From NCBI GenBank assembly GCA_002269645.1, contig NIVC01000566.1:434001-498000 (forward strand): a DNA stretch of 64,000 nucleotides, given 5' to 3'. The translations under genes were made by a program, and so were the position numbers. This DNA is from Macrostomum lignano. Taxonomy: Eukaryota. The notes beneath the pieces were generated by a model that did not search any database, was not told the origin of the DNA, and saw only the letters and a program-made list of their open reading frames with translations. This document shows, one piece after another, positions 10,518-23,300 of the stretch; position 1 is the stretch's first letter; each line of letters starts with the position of its first letter.

Positions 10518-13500
10518 AGCCCCTCAGTTCGCTTTATAGGTTCATGTCTAGTGTTCAGCAGTATTTTTGCAACTATTCATTTTCAGCAGTTGTGTATGAA
10601 CTTTTTTACGTTGACGCATGGAATTCTTGGCAAATATACACTTAGTCCAAGACCATATACTGTTTATTACAATCTATATTTTAATATTTTGTATAGTATT
10701 TTCTTATCGCTTCAGTTGGCAAAGGTCAATATTGACAAGCCACAAAACAAAGTCTGTTAATTGCGCTTACATAAAAATCGCTTTGATGTTGAAGACTTCT
10801 TTTGGTGCGTATTTTTATATTATAGCAATGCATACCTTTATATATTTATACCGTTTGGCGCTGCCCGTTGCTGATGCTTAATGCCGTTTATAATGCGCTT
10901 TAATGGGGCGCTTGAATATTTGCGAATCATATGCTTTGCTTGACTACGAGTACACTGCATTTTGAGGTAAAAGAAAGAAATATTAATGCACAAAAGAATT
11001 AATTCGTATCGTTTGATGACCTTAATCGCACCACCAGAGTGGTTTGACTCTCGGCTATTTGACCTCGCGCTTAGAATCAAGACATTTTCCTTTCATCAAA
11101 TCTGATCTCTGGGCTTTGCTAGCATATATGAAGTGTAGAACTTCCACCTCGCGGTTGTGGCGTGTTGGGTTCGTGTTTGTAGCTTTGCTCAGTGAGTGCT
11201 TGCCGCACTTGTCTCTTTCTCTCTCTCGTTTACTTCGTGCGCTATTTCTATGCCCTTTCATATTCAGATTTGTACTTGCACATTTGTGCATGCTTTTAAC
11301 CCCAAATATTATTGATTGAATATTTATCGTTGCACCTGCCCTACCGTACGCTTATTATCAATAAAAAGGTTTGCCTATGGGCTATCGTTTCCTCACCTCT
11401 TTTCGCTTGCAATTATGACTTGACTTGTCAATGTGTCTAGACTAACATGTGGGATCGATAGTTTTAAAGGTTCTCAAAATGTCGGCTCCTGAGTCAGAGT
11501 CAGGCTCTCGCATCTCTCAGAAGTAGCTCGGGGCATAGATCCTATATTCCTACAATCGTGTATATAGGAGGTTGCGCGCCTGTCGAGTTAAGCGGCTAAA
11601 TATGTTTGCTTGCGCCTCCTTTTGATTTCAATTAGCCTTTCAACTTTACTGGCTTTACTGTTCAATCGAAAGTTTAGAACACAAGTTTTTGTTCGAACGA
11701 TAGTTGTTAGGCCGCCAGTTTGCTCGCTCGCAAGTTGGCCCATTTCTACTTTTCCGCACTTATATTTATACAACAAAATTTGCCTCAGTCAGCGTTATTT
11801 CAAACCAATAGCAATTGTAGCAAAAGAGTTCTAGATCAACGCAATTGCAAGAAAGTCTGGGAATTATTTATTTGGTGCGAAAGTTTGGATGCCTGCATGC
11901 CAGTTTCATGTGAACAGCGAAATCGGACACCGCCGTTGTGCGTCATTCGGTGGCTCCACCAGTGTTGCAGCTGTATCGATGTCGCAGATTTTGGGCGCTG
12001 ATCTCAGCAGTTTTCGTGAGAACCATGCAGACGTTCAGACGTTCTTAGTGCAAGCCAATTTCAGCCGGCTAAACTTTTCTAACTTTCACTTGTGCAAACA
12101 ATTGAGCGTGGGAAGCACAATGAACTCCTGCTGAACTGGTCTTGCTGTCCAGCCTCGCCAGGTGACTCGACCAGGTGACACGACCAGGTGACCTAGCCTA
12201 TCCCCGTTCCTAGACTTATGAGCATTTTCTTATGGCTCATAGTATATATCATCTTTGGCTCGGGGTAGCGCGTCACTCGGTATGTATTGAATTACAATAT
12301 TCACTATCTAGTAAACGTTCGACCCTCTTAAACTATATATAGTCCTGGCGAGGGCCACACTGGGCGAATAGAATCGGAAAATAATGTAAATATGTATTTT
12401 CGTCTCCTTTGTTTATATATTAACCTAAATAGCTGTATCTATTTACTGTTAAGTGAACTACGTTACCGGATAATACTGGGCTTTTCTTGCTTTTAATTCT
12501 GCATGCTTAAGCGTCTCAGGGTCTCGCTAGCGCACTCCAGCAAGGAATTTATTAGTACGGTACAGAACTAACTGGAGCGTTAAATTAAAGGCCGTTTTAA
12601 TCCAGTAATCCTAATCCACAGGGGCGGAACTTCCACAGTGAACCTGTTCTTGCCCAGAACTGATGAATGAAAAATATATGAACAGTGGTAGATAAGGCTA
12701 ATCAGCTGAATTTAAATTGCGGTGGTTAGATTTACTAGTTGAGCAGCAGCAGGAATTGTGCACATTTCGCTCAATCGTCTGCCAACTGGTTGTGCCAACC
12801 GATAATTTTCCGTATACTTTAACGTGTACTCGGTCTTACTTGACTTAGCTGCAGCAGGCATCATCCGGCGGATGCAGCGTGGAGGTGAAGGGGACGACCA
12901 CTCATTCCCCTATACCCTAGCGACTAAAAACGTCCATCGAAGTGATGTCGCTCATGGGGCGATCGTCTGTCTCGCCTACAGCGCGATCCTCCTCACCAGC
13001 AGTTGGGAAGAAATCAGCTTGAGGTACCGGGCTAGCAGCGGTATGCTTTTGGGCCAGCAAACGTCGAAGAGAACCGGTTCTGGCCCGAGGTGAGTGAGCC
13101 TGGCTATGGTGAAGACCGGAAAATGGCATATTAAAGTGTTCAGCGTTCTCAATATATATTAAAAGTGGCATCTCAGGGACCTGGACCTGATCTGGAAACG
13201 ACGGTGGCGACAGATGCCCGGAGAGGGCCATCATGCTGACTGCTCTAAGATTGAGCCTGATTAGGGCTCTATGCAGCATGGGAGAGGGGCAGGGGACGGC
13301 AGCAGTGGACCCCATTGTTTTGTGACGTTGCCCGTTTAAAGTGGTCCCGCAAAAGGGCCGTTGGACTATAATTTCCCTACAATTTCTCATTTAAAATTTC
13401 CAATTGTGTATTCTCACGTTTACTTGTAGTAGCGCGCAACGAATCTGTATTAATTGCAAAATCACTGCGTACTTTGTAATCTTTGCGTACGTCTGTAGGG

Positions 13501-16500
13501 TCTCGCGCGATCAATAATTTCCGTTTCTTGTTTTTCCCTCGCCAGCCAATGAAAACTCTCCGCATACATTATGTTAACCCTCCTGCGCTCCTTTATTAAC
13601 CCCCGCCTGGCGGCGGCCTGGAGGGGTTTTCTCTTCTGCCCTTCGCTGCGCTTTTTGGCGTCTTGTTTTCCTTCTCTCTCCTGGCTGCCCCGAGCCTCCT
13701 TATCTCTCGCCACGGCTCCTCTGTCTGGGCCAGCCTGTTTACGCACTAGTACTCCACTGTGTACTGCCACGGGCTAACGCCCAATCTCGCCACTACTTGT
13801 CTGCCTGTCTACTCGCTACTCACTGCCATCACTGTGCTCACCGCCATCACTTACCACGTTGCGTCGCCATTGCATCCTTCGTCAGCTACTTGACTTCATA
13901 TTCTAATTACATCAATTATTGTTGCAGCCGCCAGTGCCCCAGAACGCTATAAGTTTTGTATTGACATTAACCAATTATAATATTGATCTCGACAATAAAT
14001 TAGCTTACGGCAGTTCCCTGCCTTTATACGCCAAGTGCTCCGCTACACAATCTGCTTCGCAAGAATTGATTTCACAATTACTTTTGGACTACAACGACTT
14101 ATCGACAATTCTCGTCAAACGGCCCTTTTAAGGGTTATAGCCACCACGCCAATAACGTGACAGTTTCCAATCTAGCTAGAGTAAATATTCGTGCATTAGG
14201 ATCATAATATTATATTTATTAAAGCGTGCTTTACTATACAAAAAAATATGAAGACGAAACCACCCGTTGAAAAATTATGGGAACAATTTGTGGGAACATT
14301 TGGTAGCTTATGGCAATTTATGGCTAAATAGTGGTAAATTTTGGTAACTTGTGGTTACTTTTCAAGTTTAAGAGGTGGGCGCCGCCGTGGCGTACGCTGA
14401 TTGGCTATCTGTTTGGCAACTTTTAGGAACATTGAGCGCAGCGAATGGTAACTTTTGGTAACTTTTTGGAGAGGTAAAAAAATGGCAACATTTTGGAAAC
14501 TTTTGGTAACTTTTAGCACTTTTTGGTGAGTTTTTGGGAATTTTCGGCAACTTATGGTAACTTATCAGTGGCCTCATGAGTGGCGGGCGCCCTGCATGAC
14601 TCATTACGTATGGAAACTTTTGGGAACTTTTCTAATAAATTGGTAACATCTGGTAACTTTCATATGAGGTGTGCCTTGGAAAGAACAAGTACGATGTTAA
14701 TTAAATTATGAATGCAGTAGAAGTTCTCGAAAGCAACTTTAAAGGTCGGAACTATGTTTAATAAGTATCATGCTGATGATGGTATTTGTTAAAAGTTAAA
14801 TTTATCTGCCCTATATATCGATCTATTTTAAATGACTGATACGCCAGTCATGGCGTGCACGTCCACCATCAGCGGCCATACTACTAGCTATATTCTGATA
14901 TTGCGCTTATCATCAGACATCTTAGGCAACCTGGGAAGATAATTTACTTAATGTGTTACATGATGATGTTATCTTTGTGTAATATCTCCAGACTCTCGTG
15001 ACTCTCATAAATCCACCTATACTAAATCGTTTTCTATATATAGATCATAATCGAATTTACAGATGGAACTTCCGTAGAGTTTGTATGCAGGTGTTAATTT
15101 TAGCTATATGAAATCTTACTTTTTATTAATGAACATCCAGGGTACATACAATGTATTTTATTACGTGATAGTGTTTAGATAGCATCACATAGTCGTTTTT
15201 TATTTTAAAGAAATTAGCGTCTAGTTTTGCTTGTTTGCTAAGGTAAATTATGCAAAAGTAGGTTGATAATTGTAGGCATGTACTAGACATAGTAGTAATA
15301 TTTCTTATTTTTCAAGTACACAATTCCTGATCATAATGTCATATTAACCAGGTACGACAATCCATGTTTTCTATTACACACTCAGAAAAGATGTTTTGTA
15401 AAAATTCAAGCTAAATTAGACTGTGATATGAATGAACTGCATGTATCAGTAGAAATAGCTAAGTAACTTTTTATTAAAAAATGTGCATTCATATGCCAAT
15501 TTGCAATTTTGGAAATTAAGTATTAGAACTTAATGAGTATGAAAATATATTTCAACTGAGGTTATTTTAATCAGTCAAAATTAAGCAGAAATTAAGCAGA
15601 AGCACTATATTAATGTATTAAATTTGTATCATTTTGTTGCATTAAACAAAACAAGCTGAACCAAACAGGTTATAGGAATAAATACTAATTATAACTTTAA
15701 TTTGTTAATTTCCTATTTGCATGGCATTATAGTCAAAAAATTATAACTACAATATTTTTGGCATTGCCACTAAGTATGTCCTTTGTACTATATCACTGTA
15801 GTAGTTGAATGCAATTTTTATGATACTTTCTAGTATACATGCATATATAATTTTAAGCTAGTTTGATCAGCCATTACTTGTTAGCCTGCTAAAACTATAA
15901 TACTTGGACAATTCTATGTGATGGTCAAATGTGTATATGTGAATAAGATGGTCATGTGAGTATGAAGATCATGAAACAAAGGTCTTTATCAATTAAAACT
16001 CTGATTTGAATTGGTAAAACCAGACTTATTAAAGCTCTAGATAGAAATATTATGAAAGAAGCTTTAGTTCTAGTAAAGCAAGAACTAGTATATAATTGTA
16101 TACAATAATTCACTTGAGATACCTATCTTACGGCTTTTTTATTTACCCCCTCAACTGATCTCAACTTATCTGTTTCATACACAACAAGCTAATTTTGCTG
16201 AGCATCATGTTTATAGGTTAAGCACGCTTTAAGTTTATCGGTTGCGTTTCCTGTTTTTTATATCCCCTAGATTCTCATGTCTCAGACCTCATCACTCCAC
16301 ACCGCCATAATAATAAAGTATTAATTTTCAAATTCTGGCCCAGCTAATATCCCATTAAAAATGCATGGATTGTCTGCGTTAGTAATTCCTTTAGTTAAAC
16401 TTCTGTGCAACTCATGCACTCACTACAACATTTGCAGGATTACCTTATCAATGTTACTCGATTTTATATCAATGCTGCCACATCAATATTATTCATAATC

Positions 16501-16635
16501 TACCATTCCAGATTGCAGATTACCAAATTCGAGGGCCACATCGACCGACGACTACGCTCTACAGTTGTTAGAGCGCCAAGAGGCCGTTCTCCCTACGCCA
16601 ACCGAGATTAACCAAGACCCACTAAAACACTAGTT

Positions 16636-18007
16636 ATGGCAAGCTTGTCTTACGAAAACCCACCATTCTGGGTAGTTCAAGGCACAGAAACTAACAATAG
16701 ACAATGCTATGCAATATCTGTAAGGAGAATTGTGAAACCGTCACCAGCGCCTACACAGCAATTCGCGAAAGTGTTGGTGAACTTATCGTCCCACAACACA
16801 CGACACACAAAGCCTCAGCTGCTACAGGCGGAACTATTAAAGGGCCCATTCGATAACAAGGAGGCTGCGTCTCGCGCTATGCAGTGTTGTCAATTGCCAG
16901 ACGAAACTTATTGCATCGACTTGGATTGCGATAGTTGCAGCGTTGCAGCGATAGTTGCAACGAAAGATGGCCGTTGTCGAGGAGCAGATGGACAGGCTCA
17001 AAAACGAGCTTCAAAGCGCCAAAGCGGCAGCGTCTGAAAGGCACGACTTGCTACTGAAGGAGGTGGATGCGCACAAGTCGACGCAGAGGCGCTTGGAGGT
17101 GGCTAATGCTGAGATGGATGACCTGCGCCAAGAAATTGGTCGTCTCAGAACGACCGGCGAATCATCCGAATTTCAATCCAACGTTATGCGGATTATGCAA
17201 GACTTTGCCGCTCAAAGCCTTGCAACAAGCCAAACCCCAGCTTCGGTAGCTCCTGCTATTCACGCTTCCCCATCGATCGAGGTCATATCCGAGATTCTGG
17301 GAGAAGACCAACGAGTGCCGCTTCTGGCATCCGCCCCGAACGTGACTATTACAAGAGAGCAGAAGGCAGCTATTGAGCATGCGGTCGCTGAACTCCGTCG
17401 CGAGCCGGGTGACAAGCAGTTGCGAAAGCTCACCAGACTCCTCATTCGTTCCCTTTTTTCGACCTCGGAATTGTGCGTGACTACCGTGTCTGGCATGGCC
17501 AAGAAGCAGCAAATTCGTATGCCAGCGAATTGTCATATTGTGAGGACAATTACTCAGTTCCTCACAGCTGCTTCTCCTAATCCTCTACCAGACGGTCTTT
17601 TCCGCAATTCATTCAAATATTGCTCGTTGGATGCCCGCCGGAAAAAGAAAAGGATCGATTCTAGTGCGCTAAGAAGCGGCGGGACCGATCAGTCCTCCTC
17701 AACCAAGACGAGTGCGCTAAGAAGCGGCGGGACCGATCAGTCCTCCTCAACCAAGACGAGTGCGCTAAGAAGCGGCGGGACCGATCAGTCCTCCTCAACC
17801 AAGACGAGTGCGCTAAGAAGCGGCGGGACCGATCAGTCCTCCTCAACCGAGACGAGTGCGCTAAGTGGCGGCGGGACCGATCAGTCCTCCTCAACCGAGA
17901 CGAGTGCGCTAAGTGGCGGCGGGACAATAAAAAAAGGGGAGAAGCGAACAAAGCAGCAACCTTCTCGGAGCTCAAAGAGATCAAAGAGAAATGTTCGCGA
18001 AACCTAG
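16636..18007 (+). CDS. Transposon accessory protein: N-terminal domain (16636-17037), then coiled coil + BEN-like domain + 16 aa repeats (16955-18007); the two ORFs are joined by a frameshift or intron
   Basis: Two overlapping ORFs. KLTRLLIRSLFSTSELCVTTVSG...FRNSFKYCSLDARR matches the BEN pattern (L..LF..eEL..tv.G ... i..k...rr). Confidence 0.55.
17663..17925 (+). repeat. In-frame 48 bp tandem repeat, 5.5 copies (SALRSGGTDQSSSTKT)
   Basis: Read directly from sequence and translation. Confidence 0.95.
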
Positions 18008-18629
18008 ACAGTTTTTTGTAATATTCCCCCAGTCCGTGTACTCGTATGCTGCTGCTAATAAGCTTTACGGCTATTCGTTTTCGACTAATTGCAACTGCGT
18101 CAAACATGTGCCGGGATTAGTGTACGGGAATCAAAATATTTTTTTAATTGTTAAATGAATTGCTGTTCCATTGTTGAAACTGTTTAAATTCAACTAGATT
18201 ACCTTTGCCTTAAATTTTTTGCTCCACGTTAACTTTTGTTTGAATTTAATTTGGATGACATTGTTGTTCTTTCTCTTCATCAATACTCACACTGCATTTA
18301 CTATGTATAGTGTGCTTTTGGTAATCTTTTTATGTTTTTCACTGTTATGTTAAGTCGTTATATTGCATTCTCATACTGCTGTTTCCTTCTTTTTTCACTG
18401 CTACAAACTACTAGCCAATCAGCATCTTTTGCATTTACAGTGTTATAAATACACACCTAACAAACTGTTTCTCCCATTTTGTTACGCAGATCCACTACCA
18501 AACTCAAAACTCTTGAGAGAATTTTACCTTAACTTCTATTTGCTTTTAATCAGAAGTGAATAATTATTACAATGGGAAATTGTCAGCCTAAGCAATTTTC
18601 TTACAATAGGCAAATTAAACCATCAATTG

Positions 18630-18880
18630 TAACTTTTGGTAACTTTTGGGAGCTTCTCACCAGAAGCGAATGGAAACATCAATGGCAACTTTTGGGAACT
18701 TATGGGAGCTTCTCAACAGAAACGAATGGAAACATCAATGGCAACTTTTGGTAACTTTTGGGAGCTTCTCACCAGAAGCGAATGGAAACATCAATGGCAA
18801 CTTTTGGTAACTTTTGGGAGCTTCTCACCAGAAGCGAATGGAAACATCAATGGCAACTTTTGGGAACTTTTGGGAACTCC
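18630..18880. repeat. 56 bp subterminal tandem repeat, about 4.5 copies
   Basis: Unit AACTTTTGGTAACTTTTGGGAGCTTCTCACCAGAAGCGAATGGAAACATCAATGGC. Confidence 0.9.
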
Positions 18881-19741
18881 CTATCCCCTTACGTGTAAAT
18901 TTGAAATGGTAACTTTTGGTAACTTTTCTGCAAAAAGTTACCATATTCCGGCCCTCTGATTGGCTATGTGTGTAAATGTTTCCTAACGCGTACGCCTTCC
19001 GATTGGCTGCGAGAATGGTAACTTTTTGGTAACTTTCATAGGCAAAAGTTCCTGTAAATGTTTCCATAATTTTTCAACGGGTTGGAAGTACGAGAAAACA
19101 TCTGCCTCTGCCTCTGCCTCTGCCTCTGCCTCTCACTAGTTCAAAACATATGTAAGATCTTAATTAGTTTGCGGCCGACTAGATACTTATAAACTTCTAG
19201 CTAGTGGTCCTCAACTGCGACTCCGGAAAACTGATCTTTTGGGAATGTATTCTATCATCTCCGAAGAAGTCAACACGGTGACATCTACTAGCTCGTATAT
19301 TACGCCAAATTGCATAATGTCACAATGGAGAAACTAATGATGAGCGGAGACTTGCAGAAAATACAAAATCGATACTAATCAGCAGGAGAAAAAAGTTTTT
19401 TACACGTTGAATTATGCGCAGGTATGCTATGCTATGTACTGTGCTCTGTACGATATCCTGGCAGATGATCTGCAGACTTGCTCAGTGCCGAGTACACGGT
19501 CATTTGAAGGAAAATTTGCTGGAAAATACAGTCGCTGGCGGAGAGGCCACAATACTCTACAGAAGCGAAGACAGGAAGCAGAACTAAACTGAACTACGAG
19601 TAGACTGCTCTGAATTCCAGACTGAAAAGCTGCTGCTGCTCATATAGAGTTGAAATTGATGAAATAAGGGAACTCAATATATAATCGATAAGATTGCCAG
19701 CAAAACCTGATTAATCGTTTTGGAAAACGGTTTGCAGCAAA

Positions 19742-20270
19742 ATGAATATCCGACCCTTCCTTTTTCGATTCATTTTGCTTTGTCTGGTCTTCGAGACTTC
19801 CGCCGCAGACGACAAGGTGGACTTCGTGAAGCAGACTGCGTCCGTCAACTACAACGTTTTCAGAGCCGGATTAAGGACCACTAGGAACACTTTACTATAT
19901 AGTCTAGTAGTCCTTGAGCCGGATACGAGCTGAGACTGCCGGTGGCAATCCCCAGACTGAATGTGGAAAGTGGCAAAGATTTTGAGGTCAAAATGACGGT
20001 TCGAGTGTCCGCAAATGGAGCTGTCGGCGAGTTGGTCTTTCAATGCAAATCCTTTTCAAGGTTATCGGAACTTAAGAAAAAATCAATATTGACCCAAAAA
20101 TCTTTCAGAGTAGTTTGACCAAGCTCAACGGAGTACAACAATCTAAGCCACTGCTAAGCGACAACGTGTTCCTGAATAACGTCAACAACATTCTCTCGTT
20201 CGTCCAGAACTGGGACACTTACGCCAAGCCAAGGCTTTTGGAAATTTGGATAGCGGAAACTACTGGACGG
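19742..20270 (+). pseudogene. Frameshifted paralogue of the FReD gene at 93-642, exon 1
   Basis: DDKVDFVKQTASVNYNVF ~ DIKVDFVDKPATISYNFF; VESGKDFEVKMTVRVSANGAVGELVFQC ~ VDKGKDFGVGVTARVSRGGTAGELIFEC; SFVQNWDTYA / GFGNLDSGNYWTG. At least three frameshifts. Same phase-1 donor, G|GTGAGT at 20271. Confidence 0.85.
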
Positions 20271-20343
20271 GTGAGTGAGTCTGACTGGAGTTGCACGTCT
20301 TATCAAGGACCACTGCTGCTGTAGTTGTTGTTGTTGTTGCTAC

Positions 20344-23300
20344 TCACGCTACCAACGGTGAGGGCTGCTCCAGTGGTGGGTGACTCCTATACCACCGCCA
20401 GAACTTGAGGACGCCTTCGCTGGAACGGTTTAGGTCGTTCAGCGCCATCACGTCCCACTCACTTCTCTGACGGAAAGTTGCCGGGCATTGGACTATGTGG
20501 GACACGGTTTCCTCCTCGCCGCGGCACATCCTGCAGTGGCCGTTCTCCACCTTCTTTATACGCTTGCAATAGGCTCCGAGCTCGAGTGAGTGACCGGTTC
20601 TCATTCTCATGAAGCTGGTCGCCTCCTCTCTGCTGCCGTAACAGGGGTGTTTGGCCGGTCCTCTGGTGCCGTAAGTATCGCGGGAGCGCTGGTGCGAGCG
20701 CGTCTCACTGGCCTTCAGCTCCCGAGCTAGCTGCTTCACAACCACGCTGGCGAGGACCGGGGTGTCCTCCTGCTGAGAGCGAACGGCTGCTCCTGCCAGA
20801 CGGTCAGCCTCCTCGTTGCCCCAGAGGCCACAATGCGCGGGCACCCATCTCCACTCGAAGGTGACTCCGCCCTCGCGGAGGCGGGCGGCCAGGGCTTGAA
20901 TTTCCACAGCTATCGGGTTCCTTGAGTGCCCGCGGAGCGCCTGCAGACTGCTTTTGCTATCCGTGATCACCCAGACTCTCCTCTTCTCCACTCTGAGGTG
21001 CTCTAGGAGGTTCAGAGCGCCTTCCATCGCTCTGAGCTCGGCTTGGAGTGAGGAACACGGGCGACCAGCCGGCCGTGTCATTTCAGCAAGTATCTCTCCT
21101 CTGCATCCTGGGTCGCCTGGTTCTGGCTTCACAATGATGGCTCCTCCTCCGCCGCAACCGTCCGACACGGATCCGTCAGAGAAGATGACCACATCCGGGG
21201 GCGGTCCTTCGGTGCGCAGAAGCTGGTGGGCCAGCGACAGGTTTTCCTCCTGGCTCGGCGCCCGGCAGGCATCAGCGTGGAAGTCCTTCGCGTTGCCCTT
21301 CTTCCAGGGGGGTAGAGGATGCCCATCTCCAGTCCTGGCGACCTCGTCTAACTTGAACCTGGCCAGTAGCTCCCCAGCCGCCGATCTCCAGTCGCGTCTA
21401 GTGCTGCCACCTCGCTGTCGGCGAGCTTCCTCATTCCTGGTCATTTTGTACCTGGCCGATTCCTCATTGAGGCGGAGCCATCGGTCGAGCTTCGCCGCCC
21501 AACGGATCTCGCACGTCGTTCTTAGGGGTCCAATATCACTCTCGGCTTTCAGGGCGTCTAGCGGTGTAGTTTGGACTAGACCGCTCACTATTCGAGCTGC
21601 CGTTCTATCTAGGACTTCGAGCCGCCGCCAGCTTTCCTCGCTGAGCCAGGGCGTCCACGCGCAGGCCCCGTAGAGGATGCGGCTGCGGATGAGGGCGGTA
21701 TGCGTCTGCCGGAGTAGGTTGCTTTCCCACCCCCAGTCGCTGCCTGCGAGCCTGCGCATGAGGTTCACCCTGCTGCGACACGCCTCGATGACGTTAGCAA
21801 CGTGTTGGGTGAAACGGAGGCTCCGGTCGTACGTGAGACCCAGGAACTTGGGGTTCGGGTCCCATCGGAGGTCGTCATTGTTGAATCGTACGGACCGGCT
21901 CGGTTCGCTGGGCTTTCCTTGCGTAAAGAGGGTGGTGGTGCACTTAGCCGCAGCGGCTGGGAGCAGCCATTTCCGGCTCCATTCGCTCACGACGTTCGCT
22001 GCCGCCTGTTGCATGTTCGTCGCCTCCTCAGCTCGTGTAGCGCATGACCAGGTGGCCAGGTCGTCTGCAAAGCCGCTGACTTCCACTCCGGGGAGCTTGC
22101 TCAGGCTGTTGAGAAGGTCGTCCACGAAAATCACGAAGAGGATGGGCGACAGGGCCGAGCCTTGGGGAAGCCCCTGTTTGAACTGCTCTCGCCGACCATC
22201 GGTTCCCTCAACGTTGACACAGGCCAGGCGGTTCGTTAGCCATCCTTGGATCCAACGGACAATCCGCGGCCCCACACCCTTGTCTAGCATCTTGATTAGG
22301 AGGGCGTCACGCCACACCTTATCAAAGGCACGTTCGAAATCAAACAGCGTGAGCAGCGTAATGTCTCCCCTCTTGAAGGCGTCCTCGATGGCTTGAGTCA
22401 ACCTCAAGAGCTGGTCTTCAGCTGACCTGCCCGCACGGAAGCCCGCCTGGCAATCGCTGAGTCTCCCGGCACTTTCCAGCTTGTGGGTGATTCTTCGGAC
22501 TATGATGCGCTCCATCCACTTGCTTAGACAGGATGTTAGGCTCACGGGCCTGTAGGATCCGATTTCCTGCTTTGGTTTCCCTCCCTTGAGCAGGGGGATG
22601 ATCCTAGCCGTGCGCCAATTTTGTGGCGCGGATCCTTCAGCGAATAGCCTGTTGAACAGCTGCAGGACGGCCTCTAGCGCTTCGGTTGGCAGTTCCCGGA
22701 GGAGCCTGGGGTGGATGTGGTCCATCCCGGCAGCTTTGTTGGCATTCATATCATGGAGAGCGTCCTGGAGCTCGTTCAGCGTGAGCGGTTGGCAATCTTC
22801 CGGGTCTGGCGAGATGTTGCTCTCTCTTAGGCGGGCGTTGACGTCGCGGCGGGCCCAGCGGTGGCTTTTCTCAATTCTCACATCGCTGACCTTCGCGTAG
22901 GTCTTCGCGAAGATGTTGGCTTTGGCTCTCGCCGATATGTATGTGCGGCCTTGGTGAGTCAGCCCTTGGCTTTCCGTCTTGGCTAGGGTGCCTTTGAGTT
23001 GCTTAAGGACCGTCCACATCTTCGCGTTGGTCGCATTCGTGGCGAGGTGCTGCCTCCAGGCCTGCCTTTTGTGCTCTTTAATCTTCTCGGAGATGGCCGC
23101 TTCTGCTTCTTTCCACTCCTCAGACGACTCTCCTTTCTCCGTCCTAATGGCGTCTCTCTCCACCAGGTCCGCCCTAATGTCTTCGGTGAGGCAGTCCCGG
23201 TTCCTGGTCCTCCTAACAACCACGCCGATCGCTTTTCTGGCGGCATTCGTGATGATGTCCCGTAACCTTCTCTCAGCTATGCTGGTCGATATCACCCGCA

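Larger units (their letters stand above)
14262..19082 (+). mobile_element. TIR DNA transposon with subterminal repeat arrays (CACTA/CMC-like), carrying a BEN-domain ORF
   Basis: 19 bp perfect TIR ACCCGTTGAAAAATTATGG at both ends. TTTTGGTAACTT-type repeats at 14300-14660 and 18630-19040. No convincing TSD and no intact transposase. Confidence 0.7.

Noticed and set aside
12824-13390. Mid-length ORFs and a possible GT-AG pair
   Set aside because: No recognisable protein motif or consistent exon chain.
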